Of a stretch of DNA of 60,294 nucleotides, positions 27,961 to 36,660 are shown one piece after another. The stretch covers positions 1 through 60,294 of IMG/VR virus record IMGVR_UViG_3300030328_000938; one strand, written 5' to 3'. This DNA comes from a virus. Taxonomy: Duplodnaviria; Caudoviricetes. Within the stretch, counting starts at the first letter, position 1. Each line of letters starts with the position of its first letter. The translations under genes were made by a program, and so were the position numbers. The notes beneath the pieces are model-generated. The model did not search any database. It saw only the letters and a list, made by a program, of their open reading frames with translations, and was not told where the DNA came from.

Positions 27961-29607
27961 GTGGCAAATCGCTCCCAAAAGCTAAGTGCTTTTCATGGAG
28001 GCTTAAATGACAATAGTGATTCTAGGGACATAGCTGAAGATGAATTAGCAAGTTCAATAGACTTAGCAATTAATCGGATAGGTAGAGTAGGAGTTATAGG
28101 CTCTGAAGGAACTGCCTTAACGAATCTTGCTTCTGTAGATATTAAGCCTTTAACTGGCTATGGTATGTTTTACTTTAGCACAGATAGAGATAAAAATGGT
28201 AATTTAAATTCTGAAGATTGGATTGCCATATATAACTCTGCTGATGGTAAAATGCAATTCTACTATAGAGACAAGTCCTCAGCTAGTCCTAGTCCTAATT
28301 TATGGACATATGTAGATGCTTGGATTAATTTCTCCTCTTATCAACCACTCGCTATACCTAATTTCTATATAGCAGATGGTATACTTAGATATTCAGATGG
28401 AAATTTTGAAGCTGGTAATAATAATAAAGTTCATTATCATGTTGATAACAAATTATTCCAAAGGTCAAGTGCTAATACTACTGTTGATGTTACATCTGTA
28501 TTAACTAAATACAAGGATGAAATAACTGCTCCTGCTAGTGCAGGATATGGGAATATAGTTGTAGGTATGACTGCAGTTCAAAATGAATTTGGAAATGGTC
28601 TTCCTTCTGGCACAACTGTTCATACTGTTGATACATCATCAGACCCTCATATTGTTAAATTAAATCAAGGAGTTAATCAAAACGCAGGTTTCTCTGGTCA
28701 AAACACAACAATAACTGCTGAAGTTAGATTTACTTTAGACAATGTAGTTACTAGAAATGCTTGGGTAAATCGTGAGCAAGAATTAAAAAGTTTTGATGAT
28801 TTAGGAGTATCTATGGCATTAGATGATTCTCAATCAGAAGGTCCAGATGATACTGCTTTAGGAAGCACTGCAGGTAAGATTATACTATCATATTGGAAGG
28901 GTACTGGAGATGACAATGGTAATTGGAATGGTTCTTTTTCATTCGCGGCTTCACCTATATATAAACAAGGAGGTGTCGGACCGATTAGTGAGTTTGATGG
29001 TATAACAAATTTTCATAACGATATGGTTTCGTTTCAAATGCATATAGCAATGGGTAGTACTATCAATGCCACGGCTCATCCTTTTGTAGATGATAGAATA
29101 GAGGGAGTTAGAGTTTGGTTTAGAAGTCACGGTGCTGATAAATGGCACAAGTTAAAAGATTTTGATTTAAAGAAAGGTGGTAAGCATAGGTGGGAAACTT
29201 ATGATGGGAACACTAATAAGGCTTATGGAATATTTGATGGAGCTATTTCTAATCCTGCTGTTGCTGAGTCAGATAGAGAGAGCTATAAAGAAGTTAATAT
29301 GACATTTACTATTACAAATTCTGCACAAGGCTTTAGTGGTCGAAAAGGTTTTATCAGAGTTTGGGGAGTATATAATGAACCTCAATGGTTAAATACATTT
29401 AATAATAACCCTATTGATTTATCATCTTCATCTACGGCTTATACTATGGTAGTTACTATGCCCGGAAATGGAGATAGGGAATTTAGAGTTGAGTTACTTG
29501 ATGAAAGTTTTAATGTTATTAAAAAATCTAGTAAAACTACTATCACTATCGGAGATTCAGGAGACACACCTCCTCCAACTTACAGCGATGACACAAGCTC
29601 TAGTTAA
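27961..29607 (+). CDS. Tail tubular/stabilisation (nozzle-like) protein, N-terminal part
   Basis: FHGGLN...RDI N-terminus typical of podoviral tail nozzle proteins. Confidence 0.65.
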   Translation: MANRSQKLSAFHGGLNDNSDSRDIAEDELASSIDLAINRIGRVGVIGSEGTALTNLASVDIKPLTGYGMFYFSTDRDKNGNLNSEDWIAIYNSADGKMQFYYRDKSSASPSPNLWTYVDAWINFSSYQPLAIPNFYIADGILRYSDGNFEAGNNNKVHYHVDNKLFQRSSANTTVDVTSVLTKYKDEITAPASAGYGNIVVGMTAVQNEFGNGLPSGTTVHTVDTSSDPHIVKLNQGVNQNAGFSGQNTTITAEVRFTLDNVVTRNAWVNREQELKSFDDLGVSMALDDSQSEGPDDTALGSTAGKIILSYWKGTGDDNGNWNGSFSFAASPIYKQGGVGPISEFDGITNFHNDMVSFQMHIAMGSTINATAHPFVDDRIEGVRVWFRSHGADKWHKLKDFDLKKGGKHRWETYDGNTNKAYGIFDGAISNPAVAESDRESYKEVNMTFTITNSAQGFSGRKGFIRVWGVYNEPQWLNTFNNNPIDLSSSSTAYTMVVTMPGNGDREFRVELLDESFNVIKKSSKTTITIGDSGDTPPPTYSDDTSSS

Positions 29608-30028
29608 TGAAGCAAAGGATAAGTTTCCAGACTATGAGTTCTATCTTGTAGGTTCTCTGACTAGAAATAATCCAAAGCCAAACGATATTGATATTGGAAT
29701 AATCCCACCCAAAGGGAGAGCTATGTTAAGTGCATGGGAAAAGGTATTAGAATTTTTTCATAATAAAAAGATAGATAATTTAAGAGTAGATGCTCAAATA
29801 GTACCTGCTTATAGAAGGTTGTTTAGATTAAGTGGACAGGCAGTTAAGCAACTAGCTAATAGTAAAATTTATAGATATGTTTACCATACTGAAATTCCAC
29901 CAAACAAATTAAATACAAAATACTCAAGAGCTTGTGGTAATCTCTGGAGAAAGAAAGTAAATGTAGTCTCTGATAAATATAAAGCAAGAGGATTGCTTGG
30001 TATGGAGTTTACGAATAGGAGATTATAA
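29588..30028 (+). CDS. Minimal nucleotidyltransferase (Pol-beta superfamily)
   Basis: FYLVGSLTR...NDIDIGII...VDAQI gives GS-x-DxD...D; start more likely 29588 than 29468; TAATG-coupled to the next gene. Confidence 0.75.
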   Translation: MTQALVNEAKDKFPDYEFYLVGSLTRNNPKPNDIDIGIIPPKGRAMLSAWEKVLEFFHNKKIDNLRVDAQIVPAYRRLFRLSGQAVKQLANSKIYRYVYHTEIPPNKLNTKYSRACGNLWRKKVNVVSDKYKARGLLGMEFTNRRL

Positions 30029-31173
30029 TGGCTAAAAAATCAGTAATAAATCCAGGAAAATTTCATTTAGGATATGCATTTGACTTCCCTCCTTATCAGA
30101 ATGAGGAGTATAATGAAGAACATGAAATAAAACAATTAAGATGGAAATCTTCTTGTGTTATGAATAGAAGAGCATATGTAGGCAATGTTAAGATTACAGA
30201 ATACGATGGAACTACTTACACTTTATCTGATTCTGTTTTTAAGTCTAGGACTAATAAGTTTGATTCATTTACCAAAACTAGAAGAATTGATGTAGCAGTT
30301 GGGGACGGAGAAGATATTATTGCATTAGCAGGTTTTGCTGATATGCTTCTTCAGTTTAAACAAACTACATTACACATTATTAATTGTGCAGGAGCATCTG
30401 AGTTCTTAGAAGGTACTTATAAATTTAAAGGAGTTGAACATCCAGCCTCTGTATGTAGTACTGACTTTGGGATTGCTTGGGCAAATAAACATGGAGTATT
30501 TTTCTTTGATGGAAGACAAGTTGAAGATTGCTTTATTAAAAGAGGCGTAAGAAGAATTAAGCCTTCTACATGGTCTACTTTCGCAGGTTCTGATATTTTA
30601 AGAGTTGGCTATCTCCCAGACGAAAGACTCATAATGGTTATCAATGATGATGGAGATACATTTATATATGATATGACTACTAAGTCTTTTACTCAAGGAA
30701 AAACACGAATTAGCGTACATGAAAAGACAAACTTAATTAATATATGGGATGGTACTCTAGTTCTAGGTTCAAATGATGGAACTGGTGATGAGGACTTAGA
30801 TGTTAAACCTATTGAGGCTGTTTCAAGTGCTACTGATAGTGGTAATTTTTATCTCTTAACAAGGCAAGTAGATGGGACATCTCCTACTCAAGAGAAGAAA
30901 TGGAAGAAAGTTTATGTAACATATAGAAACGCAGGTTCGGCTAAAGTAGAATTATCTTATAAAGGCATTAGTAAGAAGGATGGAGAAAGTGCTTTTATTC
31001 CTGTTACTGAGGCTTTTGAAAATAGTGGAAATTGGGAAACAACAGGATTTAAAATTGGTACAAATGCCTATACTATGCAAATTGAAATAAAGCCTAAGTC
31101 TGGTCAACAGATACCTTACAATTTTGAAATTAATGATATAACATTGGTCTATAGAGATAAGAGTGTAAAGTAA
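30028..31173 (+). CDS. Tail tubular/stabilisation (nozzle-like) protein, C-terminal part
   Basis: RAYVGNV, GIAWANKHGVFFFDG beta-propeller-like blades, KKWKKVYVTY, FEINDITLVYR. Confidence 0.7.
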   Translation: MAKKSVINPGKFHLGYAFDFPPYQNEEYNEEHEIKQLRWKSSCVMNRRAYVGNVKITEYDGTTYTLSDSVFKSRTNKFDSFTKTRRIDVAVGDGEDIIALAGFADMLLQFKQTTLHIINCAGASEFLEGTYKFKGVEHPASVCSTDFGIAWANKHGVFFFDGRQVEDCFIKRGVRRIKPSTWSTFAGSDILRVGYLPDERLIMVINDDGDTFIYDMTTKSFTQGKTRISVHEKTNLINIWDGTLVLGSNDGTGDEDLDVKPIEAVSSATDSGNFYLLTRQVDGTSPTQEKKWKKVYVTYRNAGSAKVELSYKGISKKDGESAFIPVTEAFENSGNWETTGFKIGTNAYTMQIEIKPKSGQQIPYNFEINDITLVYRDKSVK

Positions 31174-34100
31174 TGCCATTTGATAGACCTGATAGAAGAC
31201 TCAGGCAATTAAGTCAGCCTGTTACATTAACATACATTCCTTCTGATGATTACGGAAAGAATGGAGATAGAGTTTTCTTTAGAGATGAAGGCTCTAATAG
31301 TATTGAAGAATTATTCAAAAGAGATGGAAGATGGTACTCTGTTACAACTGGAAGACCAGCTAATGATTCAAAGAGAAGAGCAGGTAAAAAAGGAACTAGT
31401 GATGCAGTAGCAACAACTACTGTTCAGAATATTACTGTTAACCAAGATGGCTCAGGTGGAACTGGTACAGGTGGAGGTACTAGCGACCATTCCTTATTAG
31501 AGAACTTAAACCAAGATAATCATTCTCAGTATGTTCATAATACTAATGTAAGAACAGTTTCAGCCTCTCATGTATTTAGTGGCAATCCTTCTTTTACATC
31601 AAATCCCGTTTTTTCTAATACTCCTCAGTTTACTAAAGCAGATGGGAATACTCCATTTACTGTTACATCAACTACTAAGGTTGCTAACCTACATTCAGAT
31701 AATAGTGATAAATGGGATGGTTATCAATTTTCTGACTATTTAGACCAAGCAGTTAAAACAACTAGTGATGTTACTTTTGGTACTATTACTGCTACTGAAT
31801 TATCAGCTGTTCAAGGAGGTATTCACGAACACGATTCAGGAAATACTTACTCAACAGAATTAAGAATGACTCCTACTTCATTGAGTGCTAATAGAACTTT
31901 ATCGATATTGAATGGAGATGCTGATAGGACTATTACTGTTGATGGTAATTTAAATATTGAAAGTGCATCTATTATTAATCAAGATGTTACAACTGATTCT
32001 GATACAACATTTGGGAGTACTACATTAAGCAATCTTACTTCTACTAGACTTATAGCATCTGATGGTAGTAAAAAAGCAGTATCAACAAGTATATCAAGTT
32101 GGGTAGCAGGTACTACTAATCAAATAACGGTTACCGATGATACTGATGGTACAGCTACTTTATCGACTCCTCAAGATATACATACCTCAGCTACTCCTAC
32201 ATTTGCTAGTGCTACATTAGGAACTGTTAATGCAGGTGCTTCAGCGGGGACAGTAACTACTACTACTGGTGACTTGGTTCTTGACTCAGCATCTAATACT
32301 TTAAAGATAAATGCCGATTTAGATGTAGAATCTTCAGTAGATGTGGGTACAAACCTTAATGTTTTAGGCAATACGATATTAGGTGATACTACTGATTTTT
32401 CAGGTTCGGCTGATACTGTTGAGATGAAAGCCAATGTTACTATCAAAGGTGGCTTAACTGTTGATGGAACTACTACGACTATTAATAGTACTACTCTTTC
32501 AGTTGATGATAAGAATATTGAACTAGGAACTGTTGATTCTCCTAGCAATACAACGGCTGATGGTGGAGGAATAACTCTTAAGGGAGCTACTGATAAAACT
32601 ATTAATTGGATTAATTCAACAGGCTCTTGGACTTCTAATCAACCTTTTGAAGTAAGCAATCAATCAAGTCAGCTTAAATTAAGCTATGATAATTCCAATG
32701 CGAGTACTCTAGGAGTAGATAGTGGTGGAATACTCACAATAGGTGCAAGTGATATAAGATTTAATGCAAGTGGTCAAAATGTAGACCCTTCAGCTACCGT
32801 TCATACCGACTTAGGTGCATACAATAGAATGTGGAGAAGTCTATATGCTGCGGAACTTTATGTTGAAAATTTAGTTGCTCAAGATGTTATGGCTACTATG
32901 GGTGGTCGTATTATAGTTGCTCCTACTACAAAGCTAATAGCAAATGTAACTAATAATGCTACAACGATAGATGTTGAACACAATAATATAACTGGTGCAT
33001 ATATAAAACTACAAACTGCTCCTGCAGGTGTTGCTCAAATTGAAATTATGAAAGTAAATACTGGGAGTCCTACTACAATAACTGGTGGATTTAGATACAC
33101 AGTTACAAGAAATGCAGATGGCTCAGGTGCTAATAGTTGGGTAGAAGGAGATGCAGTTGTCAATTTTGGAGCTTCGAGTGGAGAAGGGTTTATAGATTTA
33201 ACATCTACTACTACATCATTAAATCATCTCGGTCCGAATATGACAATCTATTCAAGAAAAGATATGAACGCTTGGGATAGAATGGATGCCACGGTTTCAA
33301 TAGGTAACCTAGAAAGTTGGGTTGATTATAGTTCAGATGAGTTTGGAATTGCTATTGGTATGAATATGCTTAATTCTCCAAATGCTAACTCTGGTCCTTT
33401 TACAGGACTAACTGCTGATAGAACTAATGGTCTTAGACTATTTAATACTCCTATTGAGATGTATAGAGCAGGCGTAAAGAAAGTTAAGATTACTTCTTCT
33501 GGTGGTATAAAATTAGGTGACCAAATAGATGGTGGTAGTGAGGATGTAAAATTTGATTGGGATGAGGATAATGATAAATTAACCATATCAGGTATTATCC
33601 ATGTTCAAGATGGAAGTACTGGAATGGGAGACGATATAAGCGAAGGAACAACAATATCATCAGGGGGAGTTTATGTTAATAGTGGTACAGGAAAGTTTAC
33701 AATATCTAATACTTCAAATAGTATTAGTTATGGTGATGCTAGTGCTATATTTCTTGGACTTGATTCTGCTACTCCTAAACTATCTCTAAAGGGTGCAGGA
33801 ACAGAGGGATTAACTTGGGATGGAAGTAGTTTAAGTGTAACTGGAACAATCAATGTTCAGAATCCAGGTGACTTTGCAGGTGCATCTTTACAAGAGCAGT
33901 TTGGAGGTAGTTCATTAGATTTAACTACTTGGACAATTAATTACGGACTTGTTACTATTGCTAATCAATCTATGACTTTTAGTGGTACAACAGATGAACA
34001 ATGGAATGTAGTTAGTGGTGATTCAATTTTTAAAAGAGCGAATAGACCAGTTTTTGAATGGGATGTAGAAATAACAGGTGCGAATCCTAATTATGTACTT

Positions 34101-36314
34101 GGTCTTTGGAACGCTGATGTTAGTATTACATCTCATTATTATTCACACTATGGTGTTATTTTTAGAAAGTCTAGTGCAAGTAGTACTAAATATATAGAAG
34201 CTAGATGGGAACAGAATGGGGGTTATAGTACTCACCAAGATTTAGTTGGTTCATCTACTGCATGGGATATTGGTGATGTATTTAGATGTAGAATAAGTTT
34301 ACTTGCTACTGGTGGTTATTTAGAGATATTTAAAAATGGTAACTACACATCTCCTCTTTATACACATACTTATACTTATAATACATTTGAAAATATTAAA
34401 GTAATTATGAAAGCATATAAGCAATCTAACTATACTATTGATGGTATAAAATTTCTTGGAGTAACTGCTAATGGTCACTTACCAATGGGTACTCGTATTG
34501 ATGGTAATATGATTAGCACAGGTCAAATAGAAAGTAATAATTGGAGTTCAAGTGCAGGTTCTAGATTAAACTTAGATGATGGCTCTATGACTATGGGTGG
34601 CTCTAGCTCTCCTACTCTTAGTGTTCATGCTAATGGTGATGTAACTATGACAGGAACCGTTACTGCAAACGCAGGTTCTATTGCAGGGTGGACTATAGAC
34701 TCTGATAAGTTATTTAAAGATGGTATGTGGTTAGGTAAAACTGGTGCAAGTGGTCAAAATGCTACTGTTAGAGAATTAAGAGTAAGTTCAGATGAGACTG
34801 GAACTGGAAATTCTAATTTTGTTAGGATGTATATAGATTCTGGTACTGATGATACTTGGGGAATAGAAGGATACGCAGATGGTAATGAGCAATTTCATTT
34901 AGGTGAAATAACAGGAACTGCTACTAATCGTATAGCAGGTTGGACTTTTGATAATACTAATTTTTATAAAGTTCAAGATAGTAAATATATTGGATTAACA
35001 ACAAATGCTCATAGCGACATAGCAGATGAAAGTCAAACCCTATCTTCTGTTTTCGCAGGTGGTACTGGTTCCACAGGTGCAGGTTCTACAATATCTATAT
35101 CTTCAGATGGTAAATTTAGAGGGAATGGTATTTATAGAAGAGGTGGTAAAGATTGGACTATTGAATCTAGTAGACTATTTGGAGATGGTGCTGATGGTTC
35201 TTGGGTACTTAAGGCTGAAGATGGTCGTTATCAAGTTAAATCAGTAGGACATCCTCAACAAAGTCTAGATGCTTATAATGGCATTAATCAAAACTCTACA
35301 GATGCTTCAAATAATGGTACTGCGGGAGGTCTAGGTTCTTGGGAAGATGCTGATGATTGGGGACAGATATTTTATGATTCATCTCAGCAAGATGGATATA
35401 GGTATCAAATAAAATTATTAAGAGATGTTTATTTAGAAAAACTTGAATTTGAACAAGCTAGTAACGACTATCCCGTAATTCAAACTAATGGATATAGAAT
35501 GTTTGTTAGAGATAGAATACATATAGGAAGTGGTTTTTCTTCTAGTGAGTATGTAAGATTTAGAAATAGAGGGGAGGCAGGGACAGGAGGTTCATCAGGT
35601 TCTGTTGGATATTCAAATGATGATGGTTCTACTATAGCTGGTCCAAGTGGTACTACTGGTGGTGGAATCGGTGGAACAGGGGGAGCTGGTGGTACTTTAA
35701 GAGGAGGAAGAGATGGAAGAAATGGTGGTAATGGTGGCGCGGCAGGTGGAGTTTCTAGTCAAAATGGTACAAGTGGAACAACAGGCTCTGGTAGTTCGAG
35801 TGGACTTGGCTCATATAGTGTTACATTAGAAGGTAAGACTGGTGCGCAGGGAGGCAATGGAGGTACGGGTGGAGATATGTCAGGAGGTAATAATGGTGGT
35901 TCTTCAGGTCCAGCAGGTACTTCTTATAATGGTGGTACTGCTACTCAAGCAAAAACTAGAATACAACACGCTGACCCTCACTTATTAACAATGTTTAGAG
36001 ATGTATATAGTGAAGCAGATGATTCAGATAGAATATCTCCTTCAGCTGGTTCCTCTGGTGGAGGGGGAGGCGGTGGAGGCGGTGGTGCTTACTTCCAACA
36101 AGATACTGAAGCTATCACAGGAGGCTCAGGTGGAGAAGGAGGAGGAGCAGGAGGCTCAGGTGGAACTATATTAATATGTTGTAGGTTATTTACATCAGAT
36201 GGTGGAAAGTTTAATTTTGATGCTCGTGGTGGAGATGGTGGTAATGGTGGCGATGGTGGATATAGAGGTTATACTGATGATTTTGGTGGTGGTGGCTCAG
36301 GTGGACCTCCATAA
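31173..36314 (+). CDS. Long tail fibre protein with a Gly-rich C-terminal domain
   Basis: Fibre motifs (DNHSQY, GGLTVDGTTTTINST, GSIAGWTI); FGDGADG followed by poly-Gly region. Confidence 0.8.
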   Translation: MPFDRPDRRLRQLSQPVTLTYIPSDDYGKNGDRVFFRDEGSNSIEELFKRDGRWYSVTTGRPANDSKRRAGKKGTSDAVATTTVQNITVNQDGSGGTGTGGGTSDHSLLENLNQDNHSQYVHNTNVRTVSASHVFSGNPSFTSNPVFSNTPQFTKADGNTPFTVTSTTKVANLHSDNSDKWDGYQFSDYLDQAVKTTSDVTFGTITATELSAVQGGIHEHDSGNTYSTELRMTPTSLSANRTLSILNGDADRTITVDGNLNIESASIINQDVTTDSDTTFGSTTLSNLTSTRLIASDGSKKAVSTSISSWVAGTTNQITVTDDTDGTATLSTPQDIHTSATPTFASATLGTVNAGASAGTVTTTTGDLVLDSASNTLKINADLDVESSVDVGTNLNVLGNTILGDTTDFSGSADTVEMKANVTIKGGLTVDGTTTTINSTTLSVDDKNIELGTVDSPSNTTADGGGITLKGATDKTINWINSTGSWTSNQPFEVSNQSSQLKLSYDNSNASTLGVDSGGILTIGASDIRFNASGQNVDPSATVHTDLGAYNRMWRSLYAAELYVENLVAQDVMATMGGRIIVAPTTKLIANVTNNATTIDVEHNNITGAYIKLQTAPAGVAQIEIMKVNTGSPTTITGGFRYTVTRNADGSGANSWVEGDAVVNFGASSGEGFIDLTSTTTSLNHLGPNMTIYSRKDMNAWDRMDATVSIGNLESWVDYSSDEFGIAIGMNMLNSPNANSGPFTGLTADRTNGLRLFNTPIEMYRAGVKKVKITSSGGIKLGDQIDGGSEDVKFDWDEDNDKLTISGIIHVQDGSTGMGDDISEGTTISSGGVYVNSGTGKFTISNTSNSISYGDASAIFLGLDSATPKLSLKGAGTEGLTWDGSSLSVTGTINVQNPGDFAGASLQEQFGGSSLDLTTWTINYGLVTIANQSMTFSGTTDEQWNVVSGDSIFKRANRPVFEWDVEITGANPNYVLGLWNADVSITSHYYSHYGVIFRKSSASSTKYIEARWEQNGGYSTHQDLVGSSTAWDIGDVFRCRISLLATGGYLEIFKNGNYTSPLYTHTYTYNTFENIKVIMKAYKQSNYTIDGIKFLGVTANGHLPMGTRIDGNMISTGQIESNNWSSSAGSRLNLDDGSMTMGGSSSPTLSVHANGDVTMTGTVTANAGSIAGWTIDSDKLFKDGMWLGKTGASGQNATVRELRVSSDETGTGNSNFVRMYIDSGTDDTWGIEGYADGNEQFHLGEITGTATNRIAGWTFDNTNFYKVQDSKYIGLTTNAHSDIADESQTLSSVFAGGTGSTGAGSTISISSDGKFRGNGIYRRGGKDWTIESSRLFGDGADGSWVLKAEDGRYQVKSVGHPQQSLDAYNGINQNSTDASNNGTAGGLGSWEDADDWGQIFYDSSQQDGYRYQIKLLRDVYLEKLEFEQASNDYPVIQTNGYRMFVRDRIHIGSGFSSSEYVRFRNRGEAGTGGSSGSVGYSNDDGSTIAGPSGTTGGGIGGTGGAGGTLRGGRDGRNGGNGGAAGGVSSQNGTSGTTGSGSSSGLGSYSVTLEGKTGAQGGNGGTGGDMSGGNNGGSSGPAGTSYNGGTATQAKTRIQHADPHLLTMFRDVYSEADDSDRISPSAGSSGGGGGGGGGGAYFQQDTEAITGGSGGEGGGAGGSGGTILICCRLFTSDGGKFNFDARGGDGGNGGDGGYRGYTDDFGGGGSGGPP

Positions 36315-36341
36315 AAATAAAATTAAAATAGGAGTAATCTT

Positions 36342-36617
36342 ATGGCTATAGCCAATTATGCAGGAGATGGTGGAGGAGGCGGAGGTGGTGCCGGAGGTAA
36401 TGGTGGCAATGTTGTTATCATTACATCTCAGCTAACTAAAGATATGGGATTTTTACATAGTAATTATTGGAATATTGTTATCACAGGTGGGGATAAGGGT
36501 GTTCATGGTGACCCCGGAGAAGTAGGTAGACCTCAAGGTGAGTCTGGTAGTAATGGACAGCCAGGCTCTGATGGTAACGATGGACAGGATGGAAAATATA
36601 TATTAGTATTAATATGA
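36342..36617 (+). CDS. Small Gly-rich protein
   Basis: AGGAG RBS; GGGGGGGAGGNGGNVVII repeats the pattern of the preceding fibre tip. Confidence 0.65.
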   Translation: MAIANYAGDGGGGGGGAGGNGGNVVIITSQLTKDMGFLHSNYWNIVITGGDKGVHGDPGEVGRPQGESGSNGQPGSDGNDGQDGKYILVLI

Positions 36618-36660
36618 TAAAACAGTTAAAATTGAATGGTAAAATAGGTATATTTATATT

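Noticed and set aside
31173-36617. Diversity-generating retroelement acting on fibre tips
   Set aside because: No reverse transcriptase and no adenine-variable repeat pair noticed.
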